A stretch of DNA of 64,000 nucleotides from NCBI GenBank assembly GCA_035459965.1, contig DATHXC010000013.1, forward strand, positions 2,946 to 66,945, given 5' to 3'. Of the stretch, positions 46,917-58,424 are shown one piece after another. Origin of the DNA: Methylophilaceae bacterium. Lineage in GTDB: Bacteria > Pseudomonadota > Gammaproteobacteria > Burkholderiales > Methylophilaceae. Below the pieces are notes generated by a model that made no database searches, had not been told where the DNA came from, and worked only from the letters and a program-made list of their open reading frames with translations. Within the stretch, counting starts at the first letter, position 1, and each line of letters begins with the position of its first letter. The position numbers and the translations under genes are program-made.

Positions 46917-47120
46917 TTAGCGAAGAATCATTCTTTCTTGTGACTTCATTACACGGATGTAGTCATCAAAGCTCAACTCAACGACTTCCATCCCGCTGCT
47001 TTGTTTGCCGTTTGATACAGGCTCGTTAGCAAAAAAGTCTTCCTCTGCCTTGGCTTGGCTGTCTGCAGTACTAGTTGCATTGTTCGCTTCAAACATTGAT
47101 TTAAGTAATTTTCTCATCAC
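46917..47120 (-). CDS. Hypothetical acidic 67-aa protein
   Basis: ORF only; I recognise no family. Flanked by AT-rich DNA. Confidence 0.35.
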   Translation of the reverse strand: MMRKLLKSMFEANNATSTADSQAKAEEDFFANEPVSNGKQSSGMEVVELSFDDYIRVMKSQERMILR

Positions 47121-47239
47121 ATACTCCTCAAAACTTTTATAAAATTATTATTGTTTATGGTTCTGTATGTGCAAGCTATGTGCCATTGATTTTTTATGAT
47201 GTTTTATTGATTGTAAATATATTTAATATATTGATTTAT

Positions 47240-47270
47240 ATGAATATCTATTTTAATCAGATGAATATCT
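47240..47270. repeat. Two exact 10-bp direct repeats ATGAATATCT with 21-bp periodicity
   Basis: Copies at 47240-47249 and 47261-47270, in the AT-rich divergent intergenic region. Confidence 0.6.
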
Positions 47271-47394
47271 CCGGGTGGGGTTTTGGTGAAGTAAAAACAG
47301 TTTCGTTGATAATTTGACAAGGCGTGCGAGCCTACGTTGAATTTTCGACAATATCTCTATCTAAAGGGTTAATACATTAAAACGGGATAGATAA

Positions 47395-47640
47395 ATGAAT
47401 ACTGCCGATGTCTCAAGGGTCATAGAAATGGCATGGGAAGACCGGACGCCTTTTGAGGCAATAGAAGTGCAATTCGGTCTGAATCAGGATGGCGTGATTA
47501 AACTCATGCGCAGCCATTTAAAACTGGCTTCATTCAAGCTATGGCGTGAACGCACGCATGGTCAAACCACCAAGCATGCGAAGCTTCGAGATCCTGCAGT
47601 CTCAAGGCATAAAGCGAGTCATCGTGTGAAACAGTTTTAA
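47395..47640 (+). CDS. DUF2805/TIGR03643-family small protein
   Basis: 81 aa. [21 protein letters not shown] is characteristic of this family. Confidence 0.75.
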   Translation: MNTADVSRVIEMAWEDRTPFEAIEVQFGLNQDGVIKLMRSHLKLASFKLWRERTHGQTTKHAKLRDPAVSRHKASHRVKQF

Positions 47641-48425
47641 GCTTTCAGACCCTTCTTGTTAGCCCATACCAGCATCCAGATACCAACTAATACCATAGGC
47701 AAGCTTAGCCATTGTCCCATGCTCATCCCTAGTGACAGCAGGCCTAAAAAGCTGTCAGGTTCGCGCGTGAATTCAACCATAAACCTGAAGCTGCCATAGC
47801 CGATCAGGAACAGCGCAGAAATCGCACCAACCGGACGTGGTTTGCTGGAATACCACCATAGCAGACCAAACAGGACAATACCTTCCAGCGCGAACTCATA
47901 GAGTTGTGAAGGGTGGCGCGCGATATTGTCTACCTGTGGAAATATCATGCCCCAGGATGCATTGGTGGCGCGGCCCCAGAGTTCACCGTTGATGAAGTTG
48001 CCCATGCGCCCGGCGCCCAAGCCAATTGGTACCAGAGGTGCAACAAAGTCCATGATGCTTAGCCAAGGCTTATGGTATTTCCTCGAGAAAAACATCATGG
48101 CTGCCAGCACGCCCAGAAAACCGCCGTGGAAGGACATACCGCCTTGCCATAGCGCGAATATCTCCAGCGGATGTTGCAGGAAATAAGCTGACTGATAAAA
48201 CACCACATAACCTAAACGCCCACCCAGAATCACGCCCAAAGCTCCAAAGAACAACGCGTCATCCAACATGACTGGCGTCCATCCCTGCCAGTTCTGGTGA
48301 GCTATACGCCATCTACCCAGCGCAATAAATGCCATGAATCCAGTGAGATACATCAGGCCGTACCAATGAATACCAAATGAACCGAGATGAATAGCGATGG
48401 GGTCGAACGTGGGGTGAGTGAACAT
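47637..48425 (-). CDS. lgt: Prolipoprotein diacylglyceryl transferase
   Basis: 262 aa with [15 protein letters not shown] and [11 protein letters not shown] motifs. Confidence 0.94.
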   Translation of the reverse strand: MFTHPTFDPIAIHLGSFGIHWYGLMYLTGFMAFIALGRWRIAHQNWQGWTPVMLDDALFFGALGVILGGRLGYVVFYQSAYFLQHPLEIFALWQGGMSFHGGFLGVLAAMMFFSRKYHKPWLSIMDFVAPLVPIGLGAGRMGNFINGELWGRATNASWGMIFPQVDNIARHPSQLYEFALEGIVLFGLLWWYSSKPRPVGAISALFLIGYGSFRFMVEFTREPDSFLGLLSLGMSMGQWLSLPMVLVGIWMLVWANKKGLKA

Positions 48426-48626
48426 AAAGTGAGTCGTCAGCTAAGCAAAAATGAATTTTACCTGCTTGGCTAAATTACTGCTTATCTGGATTGTCTATTG
48501 ACCAAGTATTTCTAATAAATACACCCCATTTAATCCTATGGTTTAAATGCAGAATTTCATATTAAGTAATGCCTATTGTTGCAGGCTGGTTTAAAATTAC
48601 ACTTTAAGACTTCGCCTGGATTCATC

Positions 48627-50477
48627 ATGCCTGTATACCGCTCACGAACTACTACCCATGGCCGCAATATGGCAGGTGCCCGTGCCCTGTGGCGCGCTAC
48701 CGGCATGAAGGAAGAGGACTTTACCAAGCCCATCATCGCCATCTCCAACTCATTCACCCAGTTTGTGCCGGGCCATGTGCACCTGAAAGACCTTGGCCAA
48801 TTGGTGGCGCGTGAAATTGAGCGTGCCGGTGGCGTTGCCAAGGAATTCAATACCATTGCAGTGGATGACGGTATCGCCATGGGCCACGGCGGCATGCTGT
48901 ACAGCCTGCCCAGCCGCGATCTGATTGCAGACAGCGTCGAATATATGGTGAACGCCCACTGTGCTGATGCGCTGGTATGTATCTCCAACTGCGATAAGAT
49001 CACGCCCGGTATGCTGATGGCAGCATTACGCCTGAATATCCCGGTGGTATTTGTGTCTGGCGGGCCGATGGAAGCAGGCAAAGTAAATTGGAACGGAACT
49101 ACCCACAAACTGGATCTGGTCGATGCCATGGTCGCCGGTGCAGATAGCAGGATTTCAGATGCGGAATCCGAGGCCATCGAACGCTCGGCTTGCCCTACTT
49201 GCGGTTCCTGTTCTGGCATGTTTACTGCAAATTCCATGAATTGCCTGACTGAAGCGCTGGGCCTGAGCTTGCCCGGTAATGGCTCTACATTGGCTACCCA
49301 CGCGGCCCGCAAGGAGCTATTCCTTAAGGCTGGTCGCGTGATTGTCGAGATAACTAAACGCCATTATGAGCAGGATGATTACTCTGTATTGCCGCGCTCT
49401 ATCGCTAATATGAAGGCTTTTGAGAATGCCATGAGCCTGGATGTTGCCATGGGCGGTTCTACCAACACCGTATTGCATTTGTTAGCTGCGGCGCATGAGG
49501 CGGAAGTGGATTTCACTATGGCCGATATTGACCGTATTTCACGCGCAGTGCCTTGTGTATGCAAGGTGGCACCGGCGACGGCTAAATACCATATGGAAGA
49601 TGTGCATCGTGCGGGTGGCGTGATGGGTATTCTGAGTGAACTCAGTCGCGCTGGCCTGATTCATCGTGATAGCCCTACTGTACACAGCCCGACCTTGGGC
49701 GATGCGCTGGATAAATGGGATATCACGACGACCGCTGATGAAGACGTGAAGAAGTTTTATCGTGCTGCGCCAGGTGGCATCTCCACCACCATCGCGTTTT
49801 CGCAAAGCATGCTTTACCCAACTCTGGATGACGACCGTGCAGAAGGCTGCATCCGCGACAAGGCCCATGCTTATTCGCAGGATGGCGGCCTGGCTGTGCT
49901 TTACGGCAACATTGCGCTGGATGGTTGCATCGTTAAAACGGCAGGCGTGGATGATAGCATTCTCAAGTTCACCGGGCGGGCGCGCATTTTTGAATCACAG
50001 GACGCTGCAGTTGAGGCGATTCTTGCCGATAAAGTAATTGCAGGCGATGTTGTAGTGATTCGCTATGAAGGCCCGCGTGGTGGCCCTGGTATGCAGGAAA
50101 TGCTTTATCCGACCTCATATCTCAAATCCAAGGACTTAGGCAAGGTTTGTGCTTTACTTACGGATGGAAGGTTCTCTGGTGGTACCTCTGGCTTGAGTAT
50201 CGGCCATGCTTCACCGGAGGCCGCAGAGGGCGGTGCCATAGGCCTGGTCGAAGAAAATGACACGATAGAAATCGATATACCAAATCGTACTATTCACTTG
50301 GCTGTTAGCGATGAAATCATGGCGCACCGCCGTGCCAGCATGGAGGCTAAAGGTAAAGCCGCATGGAAGCCAGTGGATCGTGAACGTTCTGTTTCGCCTG
50401 CACTACGCGCTTATGCGGCCATGAGCACCTCGGCTGCCAGGGGGGCAGTGCGTGATGTGAGCCAGATTGAACGCTAA
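48627..50477 (+). CDS. ilvD: Dihydroxy-acid dehydratase
   Basis: The internal Met gives [26 protein letters not shown], the canonical IlvD N-terminus, and [11 protein letters not shown] is present. The track ORF has a 17-codon extension. Confidence 0.96.
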   Translation: MPVYRSRTTTHGRNMAGARALWRATGMKEEDFTKPIIAISNSFTQFVPGHVHLKDLGQLVAREIERAGGVAKEFNTIAVDDGIAMGHGGMLYSLPSRDLIADSVEYMVNAHCADALVCISNCDKITPGMLMAALRLNIPVVFVSGGPMEAGKVNWNGTTHKLDLVDAMVAGADSRISDAESEAIERSACPTCGSCSGMFTANSMNCLTEALGLSLPGNGSTLATHAARKELFLKAGRVIVEITKRHYEQDDYSVLPRSIANMKAFENAMSLDVAMGGSTNTVLHLLAAAHEAEVDFTMADIDRISRAVPCVCKVAPATAKYHMEDVHRAGGVMGILSELSRAGLIHRDSPTVHSPTLGDALDKWDITTTADEDVKKFYRAAPGGISTTIAFSQSMLYPTLDDDRAEGCIRDKAHAYSQDGGLAVLYGNIALDGCIVKTAGVDDSILKFTGRARIFESQDAAVEAILADKVIAGDVVVIRYEGPRGGPGMQEMLYPTSYLKSKDLGKVCALLTDGRFSGGTSGLSIGHASPEAAEGGAIGLVEENDTIEIDIPNRTIHLAVSDEIMAHRRASMEAKGKAAWKPVDRERSVSPALRAYAAMSTSAARGAVRDVSQIER

Positions 50478-50517
50478 CAATAGAACGATAAAGTTGAACA
50501 GTGAGAGATAACACTTT

Positions 50518-51453
50518 ATGAATACAGAAGCAACATTAGAAGCAGGCGTAATCAATACAAAAAAACGCCTGAGACTACATGCTCATATCCTGCAGACGCA
50601 GGATGAAAATGGCATGCAGTATCTGGAAGTGGATAACCCCCTAGGTACCGCGACCATTGCCTTGCAAGGCGCACAAGTCATTAGCTGGCAGCCTAAATTC
50701 CAGACCCAGCCTGTGTTGTGGTTGTCGAGTAATGCACGCTTTATGAAAGGCCGCTCGATCCGTGGCGGCGTGCCTATCTGCTGGCCTTGGTTTGGTGCAC
50801 ACCCCACTGATAGTACCTTCTGTCCGCACGGTTTTGCGCGTGTGATTCCCTGGCGTGTGATTGATCTTGATGCGACCCCTACCGGAGCAACGCGGATTAT
50901 CCTCGAGATGATAGAAACGCCCGAAGCCAAACGCCAGTTGTCCTATCCGTATGCATTGACGGTCACCATTACCATCGGTCGCCGCCTGCGTATTGATATG
51001 GCGACCACCAACAAGGCTGATCATCCATTTGTGATCAGTGAGGCTTTCCATACTTACCTTAACGTGAGTGATGTTACCAACGTTAAAATCACCGGCATGC
51101 AGGACTGCGTCTATTCCGACAAACTGCTCAAGTATGAGCGCCATGTGGAGCATCACCCGCTGACTTTTGATGGTGGTGAATTTGACCGCGTATTTATCAA
51201 TCATAGCAGTGATTGCACTGTGCACGATAAAGGCTTCAACCGCCTGATTCATGTGTCCAAGTCGGGTAGTGATACCACCGTGGTGTGGAGTCCTGGTGCA
51301 GAAAAATCTGCTCAGATGGCCGATATGGGCGCGCCAGATGAGTGGCGTAAAACCGTGTGCGTGGAAACGACTAACGCCATGGACAATATGGTGGTCATCA
51401 ACCCCGGCCGTACGCATACTATCAGTGCAGAGTACTTGGTAGAGACTTTATAA
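50518..51453 (+). CDS. D-hexose-6-phosphate mutarotase (aldose 1-epimerase family, YeaD-like)
   Basis: 311 aa with RGGVPICWPWFG and FHTYLNV motifs. Confidence 0.8.
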   Translation: MNTEATLEAGVINTKKRLRLHAHILQTQDENGMQYLEVDNPLGTATIALQGAQVISWQPKFQTQPVLWLSSNARFMKGRSIRGGVPICWPWFGAHPTDSTFCPHGFARVIPWRVIDLDATPTGATRIILEMIETPEAKRQLSYPYALTVTITIGRRLRIDMATTNKADHPFVISEAFHTYLNVSDVTNVKITGMQDCVYSDKLLKYERHVEHHPLTFDGGEFDRVFINHSSDCTVHDKGFNRLIHVSKSGSDTTVVWSPGAEKSAQMADMGAPDEWRKTVCVETTNAMDNMVVINPGRTHTISAEYLVETL

Positions 51454-51695
51454 GTCTACCCCGAGTCGTTTTCCATCTTTGTACATGTGTTAACTCCATC
51501 CGATGATGTCAACGCATGCTTATGCTGCGGCGTTTAGTGCTTACATATGACCGATATGTTTGAGAGTAATTAAATGGCCTATAAATTGATTTCAACAACA
51601 ATCAAATTATGGGTATCATTACAAGTCGCAAGATAGTAGTGTTTAAACAAAAAATTGAGATGACTCACAATCATAGAAATGACTAAGGAGTAAGC

Positions 51696-52022
51696 ATGAA
51701 AGCATTATTAATGAGTATTGCTGCCGCTGCATCACTTATGCTGGCTGGTCAAGCTGGAGCTGCTGACGCGAAAGCAGCTGAGGCCTTGGCTCAGAAAAGT
51801 GGCTGTTTGGCATGCCACAGTGTGCAACAAAAAGTACTGGGCCCGGCATATAAGGATGTAGCTGCAAAATACAAAGGCGATAAAGGTGCTGAAGCTAAGC
51901 TGATTGCCAAGGTTAAGGCAGGCGGTAGCGGTGTTTGGGGCCCAATCCCGATGCCAGCAAATAGCCCGCAGGTAAGCGATGCAGATATTAAAACTATCGT
52001 TGAATGGGTACTGTCACTGTAA
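51696..52022 (+). CDS. Class I c-type cytochrome, c551/c8-like
   Basis: 108 aa. Signal peptide, CLACH haem site, and GPAYKDVAAKY...GVWGPIPMP, close to the Pseudomonas c551 pattern. Confidence 0.88.
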   Translation: MKALLMSIAAAASLMLAGQAGAADAKAAEALAQKSGCLACHSVQQKVLGPAYKDVAAKYKGDKGAEAKLIAKVKAGGSGVWGPIPMPANSPQVSDADIKTIVEWVLSL

Positions 52023-52043
52023 TCAATCATTACAGTTAGGTAA

Positions 52044-52076
52044 GAAAAAAAGCCAGTTCAAAAGACTGGCTTTTTG
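52044..52076. terminator. Intrinsic terminator after the cytochrome c gene
   Basis: AAAAAAAGCCAGT-TCAAAAG-ACTGGCTTTTTG. Confidence 0.8.
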
Positions 52077-52149
52077 CTTTATTGGCTTAGCAAAATCAAG
52101 ATGGCCTTTCACACCTCATTTAGCTGCTCTCAGTTTTGCCAAGTAATCG

Positions 52150-53550
52150 TTAAGACTTCAGCTTGCTATGACGCATTGAGTAAGTAAAGTACACCACCAC
52201 GCCAATCACAATCCAGATCATAAACCTGTGCCAGGTTTCATTTGGTAGAAACACCATCAGCGCCCCGCATGAAATGATGCCAAGTATAGGTATCAGCGGA
52301 TTCCAAGGGTTCTTGAATGGTCGTGGCAGCTCTGGCTGGCGGATACGCAATACAATCACGCCGACACATACCATGATGAAACTGGCTAGCGTTCCAATAT
52401 TCACCGTTTCAGCCAACTCTCCCAAAGGGATAAACCCTGCAATGATCGAAATCACGAAGCCACACATGAGGATGATGCGTACCGGAGTTTGCGTATCAGG
52501 ATTGATGGTAGAGAAAAATGGTGAGATGAGTCCATCTCGACTCATTGCGTAGAGGATGCGCGTCAGTCCGTAAAGTAGCACTAGCAGTACTGTCAGTAAC
52601 CCGGCCAGTACGCCTGTAGCAACTAATGTGGAAGACCATGTATAACCGATTTTTGCCAGGGCATAGGCAACCGGTGAGGAGGTATTCAGCTCGGTGTAAG
52701 GGACGATGCCTGTTAAGAAGCCAGAAACCAGAATGTAGATAATGGTGCAAAAGGAGACAGAAGCAATCAGGCCGATCGGCAAATCCCGTTGTGGATTTCT
52801 CGATTCATCAGCAGCGGTAGAGACGGCATCGAAGCCAAAATAGGCAAAAAATACCAGCGAGGCGCCTGCGAACACGCCTATAGTTTTTCCATTTTCCAGC
52901 GTCTGGAACCAGCCAAAAGGAATGAATGGATGCCAGTTCTCTGCGTGTAGATTCATGGAGGCAATCGCTAGGAAAATAGCGATGGTGCTTAGTTTGATCG
53001 CCACCATGACGTTATTCACATGCGCACTTTGCTTGACGCCGGAGATCAACAGCAGAGTCAGTATCCAGATGATAGAAAATGCAGGCAGGTTGATCACGCC
53101 ACCGAGGCTAGGCGCCTTGGTATAGGCTTCTGGCATGGTGATGCCAAAATTGATGAGCGTGCGCATAAAATAGCCAGCCCAGCCGTTGGCTACCGCAGCT
53201 GCGCCGACACCGTACTCCAGCAGAAGAATCCAGCCGATCACCCAGGCAAAAAACTCACCAAAAGCGACATAGCTATAACCGTAAGCGCTACCGGAACCGC
53301 CAACGGAAGCGGCCAATTCAGCGTAAGAGAGTGCTGCAAAAGCGGAGGCAACACCTGCAATGATGAACGATATGATGACAGCGGGACCAGCCTGGGTTGC
53401 AGCGGCAAGGCCAGTCAATACAAAGATGCCAGTACCGATAGCACCGCCAATTCCCAATAGCGCCAAATCAAAAGCACTCAGGCATCTTTTTAGACCGCTA
53501 TTGCTGCTGTGTGCCACTGATTTGGTGCGGAAAAGCTGCTTAAGCATCAA
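52150..53550 (-). CDS. APC-superfamily amino-acid permease
   Basis: 466 aa, roughly 12-13 TM helices. GIGGAIGTGIFVLTG and the N-terminal pattern are typical of cationic/basic amino-acid transporters. Confidence 0.85.
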   Translation of the reverse strand: MMLKQLFRTKSVAHSSNSGLKRCLSAFDLALLGIGGAIGTGIFVLTGLAAATQAGPAVIISFIIAGVASAFAALSYAELAASVGGSGSAYGYSYVAFGEFFAWVIGWILLLEYGVGAAAVANGWAGYFMRTLINFGITMPEAYTKAPSLGGVINLPAFSIIWILTLLLISGVKQSAHVNNVMVAIKLSTIAIFLAIASMNLHAENWHPFIPFGWFQTLENGKTIGVFAGASLVFFAYFGFDAVSTAADESRNPQRDLPIGLIASVSFCTIIYILVSGFLTGIVPYTELNTSSPVAYALAKIGYTWSSTLVATGVLAGLLTVLLVLLYGLTRILYAMSRDGLISPFFSTINPDTQTPVRIILMCGFVISIIAGFIPLGELAETVNIGTLASFIMVCVGVIVLRIRQPELPRPFKNPWNPLIPILGIISCGALMVFLPNETWHRFMIWIVIGVVVYFTYSMRHSKLKS

Positions 53551-53625
53551 TAATCTCCCTTTTAGTTATTCTTTTGATTTCTTTAAGGATTATGCACTAT
53601 TTATGCCAGCAAAAATGGCTAGCTG

Positions 53626-54531
53626 TTATAGGACTTGCAGCCAGTCTTTATCTATCAAAAAGTCGCTGTAAAGTTTGGCTTCAGCCGAGCCCGCTTCAGG
53701 TTTCCAGTCATACCGCCATTTAACAACAGGCGGCATTGATAGCAGGATCGATTCTGTGCGCCCATTCGATTGCAGGCCAAATAGTGTACCGCGGTCGTAA
53801 ACCAGGTTGAATTCCACATAGCGCCCGCGACGATAGGCTTGAAAATCCCGTTGCTGCTCGCCATAAGCCTGATCCTTGCGGCGTTGTACGATAGGCAGGT
53901 AGGCTTGTGTAAAGGCGTCACCCACGGCTTTGAGCATTTCAAAGCTGCGTTCGAACCCCAGTTTGTTGAAATCATCAAAGAAGATACCGCCTATGCCGCG
54001 CGGTTCCTTGCGGTGTTTGAGGTAGAAATACTCGTCACAGTCTTTTTTGAATGTTGGGTATAGGCTTGTATCGAATTGGGATAAGGCATCGCGGCAGGTA
54101 CGGTGGAAATGTACCGCATCTTCCTCAAAACCATAATAGGGTGTCAGGTCCATCCCACCGCCAAACCACCAGATAGGCGCTTCGCCTTCTTTTTCAGCTA
54201 CAAAGAAGCGCACGTTCATATGCACAGTCGGTACATAGGGGTTGCGTGGATGAAACACCAGTGAAACACCCATTGCTTTCCATTGCCTGCCTGCCGCCTC
54301 TGGATGCGCCACGCTGGCAGCTGGGGGTAGCTTGTTACCAATGACATGTGAAAAGCCTACACCAGCACGTTCAAATACATTGCCTTCTTCCAGCATGCAG
54401 GATGTGCCACCACCGCCTTCGGGACGTTGCCAGCTATCATGCAGGAAGGTCTTGCCATCCACCATTTCCACAGCTTCTACGATGCGGTTTTGCAGGCCTT
54501 GCAGGTATTCGAATACAGCGTTTGTGTTCAT
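53626..54531 (-). CDS. hemF: Oxygen-dependent coproporphyrinogen-III oxidase
   Basis: 301 aa with [31 protein letters not shown] and GGIFFDD motifs. Confidence 0.95.
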   Translation of the reverse strand: MNTNAVFEYLQGLQNRIVEAVEMVDGKTFLHDSWQRPEGGGGTSCMLEEGNVFERAGVGFSHVIGNKLPPAASVAHPEAAGRQWKAMGVSLVFHPRNPYVPTVHMNVRFFVAEKEGEAPIWWFGGGMDLTPYYGFEEDAVHFHRTCRDALSQFDTSLYPTFKKDCDEYFYLKHRKEPRGIGGIFFDDFNKLGFERSFEMLKAVGDAFTQAYLPIVQRRKDQAYGEQQRDFQAYRRGRYVEFNLVYDRGTLFGLQSNGRTESILLSMPPVVKWRYDWKPEAGSAEAKLYSDFLIDKDWLQVL

Positions 54532-54557
54532 TCAATATCTCTAAAGTTGCTTCGTGA

Positions 54558-55127
54558 TTATTTTCTTAACACTCTACCAGTCAGCAAATCCTGAATCGTT
54601 GATGGCTTTTTTGCGCAGCCTGTCATGCCGTTCAGGATTCTTAGCTGTTTGCCGAAAAGCTGGTAGCACATGCGTGTGTTTTTTGCAGGCTGGCAGCCAC
54701 TGCGATTAGCGCTGGTGGATACGATAGCCATGCCTGTATTTTTGCATATCCTGGCAGACAGGGGATGATGCGTTACGCGGATTGCAATGGAGTGATGGCG
54801 GCCAGTCAGCCATTTGGGGCAAGAAGTGGCAGTTGGTACCAGCCAGGTGTGAGGTTTTGTAGGATCTGTCCAGGAGGCTTGCATCTGCTGGATTTGCTCG
54901 CTACTGAGTGGTGCAAGATAGCGAGTCAAGCGTTCCAGCTTGTCAGCAATCAGGATCAGGCCTTTATGTTGGGGTCTGCGCTTAATCAGTAAAATGCGTT
55001 TTACTGCATGGCGGTTGCCGGGGTCACAGCCCAAGCCGAAAATCGATTCGGTGGGGTAAGCAATGACGCCGCCAGTTTTAAGGTAGTGACGCAGGCCTCT
55101 CGTACGGATTTTGAAAGCGCTGGCCAT
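54558..55127 (-). CDS. tsaC: L-threonylcarbamoyladenylate synthase (TsaC/YrdC family)
   Basis: 189 aa, GGVIAYPTESIFGLGCD...RILLIKRRPQHKGLILI. Confidence 0.88.
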   Translation of the reverse strand: MASAFKIRTRGLRHYLKTGGVIAYPTESIFGLGCDPGNRHAVKRILLIKRRPQHKGLILIADKLERLTRYLAPLSSEQIQQMQASWTDPTKPHTWLVPTATSCPKWLTGRHHSIAIRVTHHPLSARICKNTGMAIVSTSANRSGCQPAKNTRMCYQLFGKQLRILNGMTGCAKKPSTIQDLLTGRVLRK

Positions 55128-55149
55128 ATTGTCGAGCCAATGCGGCTGG

Positions 55150-56418
55150 TTAGCCTTTTACTGCCCGGTAGCCGATATCTTTACGCATCTGCTTGCCTGC
55201 AAACTGGATGTCTTCCGCAATCTGGTAGGCACGGCTCTGTGCATACTTCACGGTTTCGCCTAATGCCGTCACGCACAGTACTCGGCCGCCGCTGGTGAGC
55301 ACTTCGCCATCCTTCAATGTGGTGCCAGCATGAAACACATGCGCATCCTGCAAGTCTTTGGGCAAGCCGCTAATTGCATCACCGATCCGCGGTGTATCAG
55401 GGTAATTGGCAGAAGCCATTACTACTCCCAGCGCGGTACGCCTGTCCCAGATCACTTCCGCCTGATCCAGCGTGCCTGCCACGGCATGCTCTGCCAGCTC
55501 AACCAGGTCACTCTTCAGTCGCAGCATAATAGGCTGGGTTTCCGGATCGCCCATGCGGCAATTGAATTCCAGTGTTTTGACATCGCCATTCGGGCTGATC
55601 ATCAGGCCAGCATATAAAAAACCAGTGTAGGGAATGCTATCCTTTGCCATGCCTGCGACAGTAGGGCCTATGATTTCGCGCATGACTTTGGCGTGAATGT
55701 CCGGCGTTACCACCGGGGCAGGCGAATAAGCGCCCATGCCACCAGTGTTTGGGCCTTCATCGCCATCTAGTAATCGCTTATGGTCTTGGCTGGTGGCCAA
55801 TGGCAATATATTCTTGCCATCTACCATTACAATGAAGCTGGCTTCTTCACCCGTCAGAAACTCCTCGATGACAACGCGCGCACCAGCGCTGCCGAGTTTG
55901 TTGTCTGAGAGCATGGCATCAATCGCCGCATGCGCCTCGGCTTCATCCATCGCGACAACCACTCCCTTGCCTGCTGCCAAGCCATCGGCCTTGATGACGA
56001 TGGGTGCCCCCTGTTTTTTCACATATTCATGTGCGGCATCAGCATCGGTGAAGGTTGCATACGCTGCGGTAGGAATGTTGTGGCGCACCATAAATGCCTT
56101 GGCAAAATCCTTGGAGCTCTCTAGCTGGGCAGCTGCCTTGGTCGGGCCAAAAATCTTGAGACCCACTGCGCGGAAAGCATCTACCACGCCTTGTGACAGT
56201 GAAGCTTCCGGGCCAACAACAGTCAGGGCGATTTGTTCAGTAGTGGCAAAATCGACCAATTCGGCCACGCTGCTAATCGGCACATTCACCATGTCCGGGT
56301 CAGTTGCCGTGCCCGCATTACCGGGGGCTACATAGATGCGGCTTATATTTTTGTTCTGTGCCAGCTTCCATGCCAATGCATGTTCACGACCACCGCCACC
56401 AATCACGAGTACCTTCAT
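55150..56418 (-). CDS. purD: Phosphoribosylamine-glycine ligase
   Basis: MKVLVIGGGGREHALAWKL... 422-aa ATP-grasp protein. Confidence 0.96.
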   Translation of the reverse strand: MKVLVIGGGGREHALAWKLAQNKNISRIYVAPGNAGTATDPDMVNVPISSVAELVDFATTEQIALTVVGPEASLSQGVVDAFRAVGLKIFGPTKAAAQLESSKDFAKAFMVRHNIPTAAYATFTDADAAHEYVKKQGAPIVIKADGLAAGKGVVVAMDEAEAHAAIDAMLSDNKLGSAGARVVIEEFLTGEEASFIVMVDGKNILPLATSQDHKRLLDGDEGPNTGGMGAYSPAPVVTPDIHAKVMREIIGPTVAGMAKDSIPYTGFLYAGLMISPNGDVKTLEFNCRMGDPETQPIMLRLKSDLVELAEHAVAGTLDQAEVIWDRRTALGVVMASANYPDTPRIGDAISGLPKDLQDAHVFHAGTTLKDGEVLTSGGRVLCVTALGETVKYAQSRAYQIAEDIQFAGKQMRKDIGYRAVKG

Positions 56419-56440
56419 GCCTGTTTCCTAATCCTGTACT

Positions 56441-58027
56441 TTAATGCCTGAAATGGCGAATACCAGTAAGCACCATGGCCAAGCCATGTTCATCAGCGGC
56501 AGCGATTACCTCTTCGTCACGGATACTGCCACCGGGCTGGATCACACAGCTTGCGCCAGCTTCGGCTAGTACGTCGACACCATCGCGGAAGGGGAAGAAG
56601 GCATCAGAGGCTACTGCACAGCCTTGCAACGTCAGGCCTGCGTTCTGTGCCTTGATAGCGGCGATTTTGGTACTGTCTACACGGCTCATCTGGCCAGCGC
56701 CCACGCCCAGAGTCATGCCACCACCGCAGAATACGATGGCATTGGACTTCACATATTTGGCAACACGCCATGCGAATAACAGGTCTTCCAGCTGCGCGGG
56801 GGTTGGTTGTTTTTTAGTCACGATCTTCAAATCAGCAGCGCTGATTTCGTGGTTGTCTGCTGTCTGTATTAGCAGGCCGGAACCTACGCGCTTGGTGTCA
56901 TGTGAGTTACGGCCTTTTTCCCAGGCGCTGTTGCCACCTTGTGGCAAGGCGATTTTCAATACACGTACATTGGCTTTTGCCTTGAATATAGCAAGTGCTT
57001 CTGCGGTGTAATCCGGCGCAATCAGCACTTCTACAAACTGCTTTGAGACTGATTCGGCAGCCGCTGCATCCACGGTCTGGTTAAAGGCGATAATGCCGCC
57101 GAAAGCCGAGGTTGGGTCAGTCTTGAAGGCCTTGCTGTAAGCTTCCAGTGGGGTAACGCCCAGCGCCACACCGCAGGGATTTGCATGCTTGACGATGACG
57201 CATGCACTTGTATCAAAGCTTTTTACGCACTCCCATGCCGCATCGGCATCGGCGATATTGTTGTAAGACAGCTCCTTGCCTTGCAGTTGTTGTGCGGTGA
57301 CCAGTGAGCCTGGGGCAGGGTAGAGGTCACGATAGAAGGCAGCCTGTTGGTGTGGGTTTTCGCCATAGCGAAGATCCTGCACCTTGATGAAGCGGCCGTT
57401 GGTCTGTGCGGGGAAAGCGTTACGAGTGCCATCGGTATTGAACGAGGACAGGTAGTCACTGATCGCGCCATCATAATTGCTGATGCGATTGAAAGCGGCC
57501 ACAGACAAGGCAAAGCGGGTGGCCTGGCTGGTGGCGCCGTTGGTGGCTTTCATTTCTGCGACTACTTCTGCATATTGCGAAGCATCGGTCAGCACGGCTA
57601 CGTCTTTCCAGTTCTTGGCGGCAGAGCGCACCATGGCCGGGCCGCCAATGTCGATATTTTCAATCGCATCTTCCAGCGTACAGTCAGCTTTGGCTACTGT
57701 GGCTTCAAACGGATAGAGGTTGACCACCACCATATCGATGTTTGGAATGCCGGCTTCGGCCATGGCTGCCGTATGTTCCGGCAGGTCGCGCCTGCCCAGT
57801 ATGCCGCCATGTACCTTGGGATGCAGTGTCTTGACGCGGCCATCCAGCATTTCGGTAAAACCCGTGTAGTCGCTGACTTCGGTTACTGCGATATTGTTGT
57901 CACGGAATAGCTTGGCGGTGCCGCCAGTAGAAAGTATCTCGATACCGAAACTGTTCAGGTCTTTTGCAAGTTCGAGGATACCGGTTTTATCGGAAACGCT
58001 GATGAGTGCTCTTTTGATGACTGCCAT
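56441..58027 (-). CDS. purH: Bifunctional AICAR transformylase / IMP cyclohydrolase
   Basis: 528 aa, [12 protein letters not shown]...TGGTAK...[12 protein letters not shown]... C-terminal HFRH. Confidence 0.96.
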   Translation of the reverse strand: MAVIKRALISVSDKTGILELAKDLNSFGIEILSTGGTAKLFRDNNIAVTEVSDYTGFTEMLDGRVKTLHPKVHGGILGRRDLPEHTAAMAEAGIPNIDMVVVNLYPFEATVAKADCTLEDAIENIDIGGPAMVRSAAKNWKDVAVLTDASQYAEVVAEMKATNGATSQATRFALSVAAFNRISNYDGAISDYLSSFNTDGTRNAFPAQTNGRFIKVQDLRYGENPHQQAAFYRDLYPAPGSLVTAQQLQGKELSYNNIADADAAWECVKSFDTSACVIVKHANPCGVALGVTPLEAYSKAFKTDPTSAFGGIIAFNQTVDAAAAESVSKQFVEVLIAPDYTAEALAIFKAKANVRVLKIALPQGGNSAWEKGRNSHDTKRVGSGLLIQTADNHEISAADLKIVTKKQPTPAQLEDLLFAWRVAKYVKSNAIVFCGGGMTLGVGAGQMSRVDSTKIAAIKAQNAGLTLQGCAVASDAFFPFRDGVDVLAEAGASCVIQPGGSIRDEEVIAAADEHGLAMVLTGIRHFRH

Positions 58028-58190
58028 ATAATTTACTTTGTATCCAAACGGGCTTTATTTTTATTAAAGTATTGGTCGTTGGCTTCGTCTTCAGTGGCTT
58101 GATCTCTTACTTCGCCACTTCATCCTTGCCGCCTTGTTCTCCTTTGAATACAGAATAAATTAAGTCTTCGTCATCAAAGGAGGCTTAAAT

Positions 58191-58424
58191 TTATTCGATT
58201 TTGTACTGCTGCAATTTCTTGCGCAGCGTATTGCGGTTCAGGCCAAGTATCTCGGCAGCCTTGCTCTGGTTGCCACCGGCACGCTTGAGGATATGGATCA
58301 GCATGGGTTTTTCTACACACTGCAGCACCATATCGTATACGGCATGCGGCGGTTGGCCATCAAGGTCTTTAAAGTACTCTTCCAGTGCGCGCTCCACGCC
58401 CATTGCCAGGTCACATTGATTCAT
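58191..58424 (-). CDS. fis: DNA-binding protein Fis
   Basis: 77 aa with a C-terminal HTH, GNQSKAAEILGLNRNTLRKKL. The start overlaps the dusB stop (TAATG). Confidence 0.9.
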   Translation of the reverse strand: MNQCDLAMGVERALEEYFKDLDGQPPHAVYDMVLQCVEKPMLIHILKRAGGNQSKAAEILGLNRNTLRKKLQQYKIE

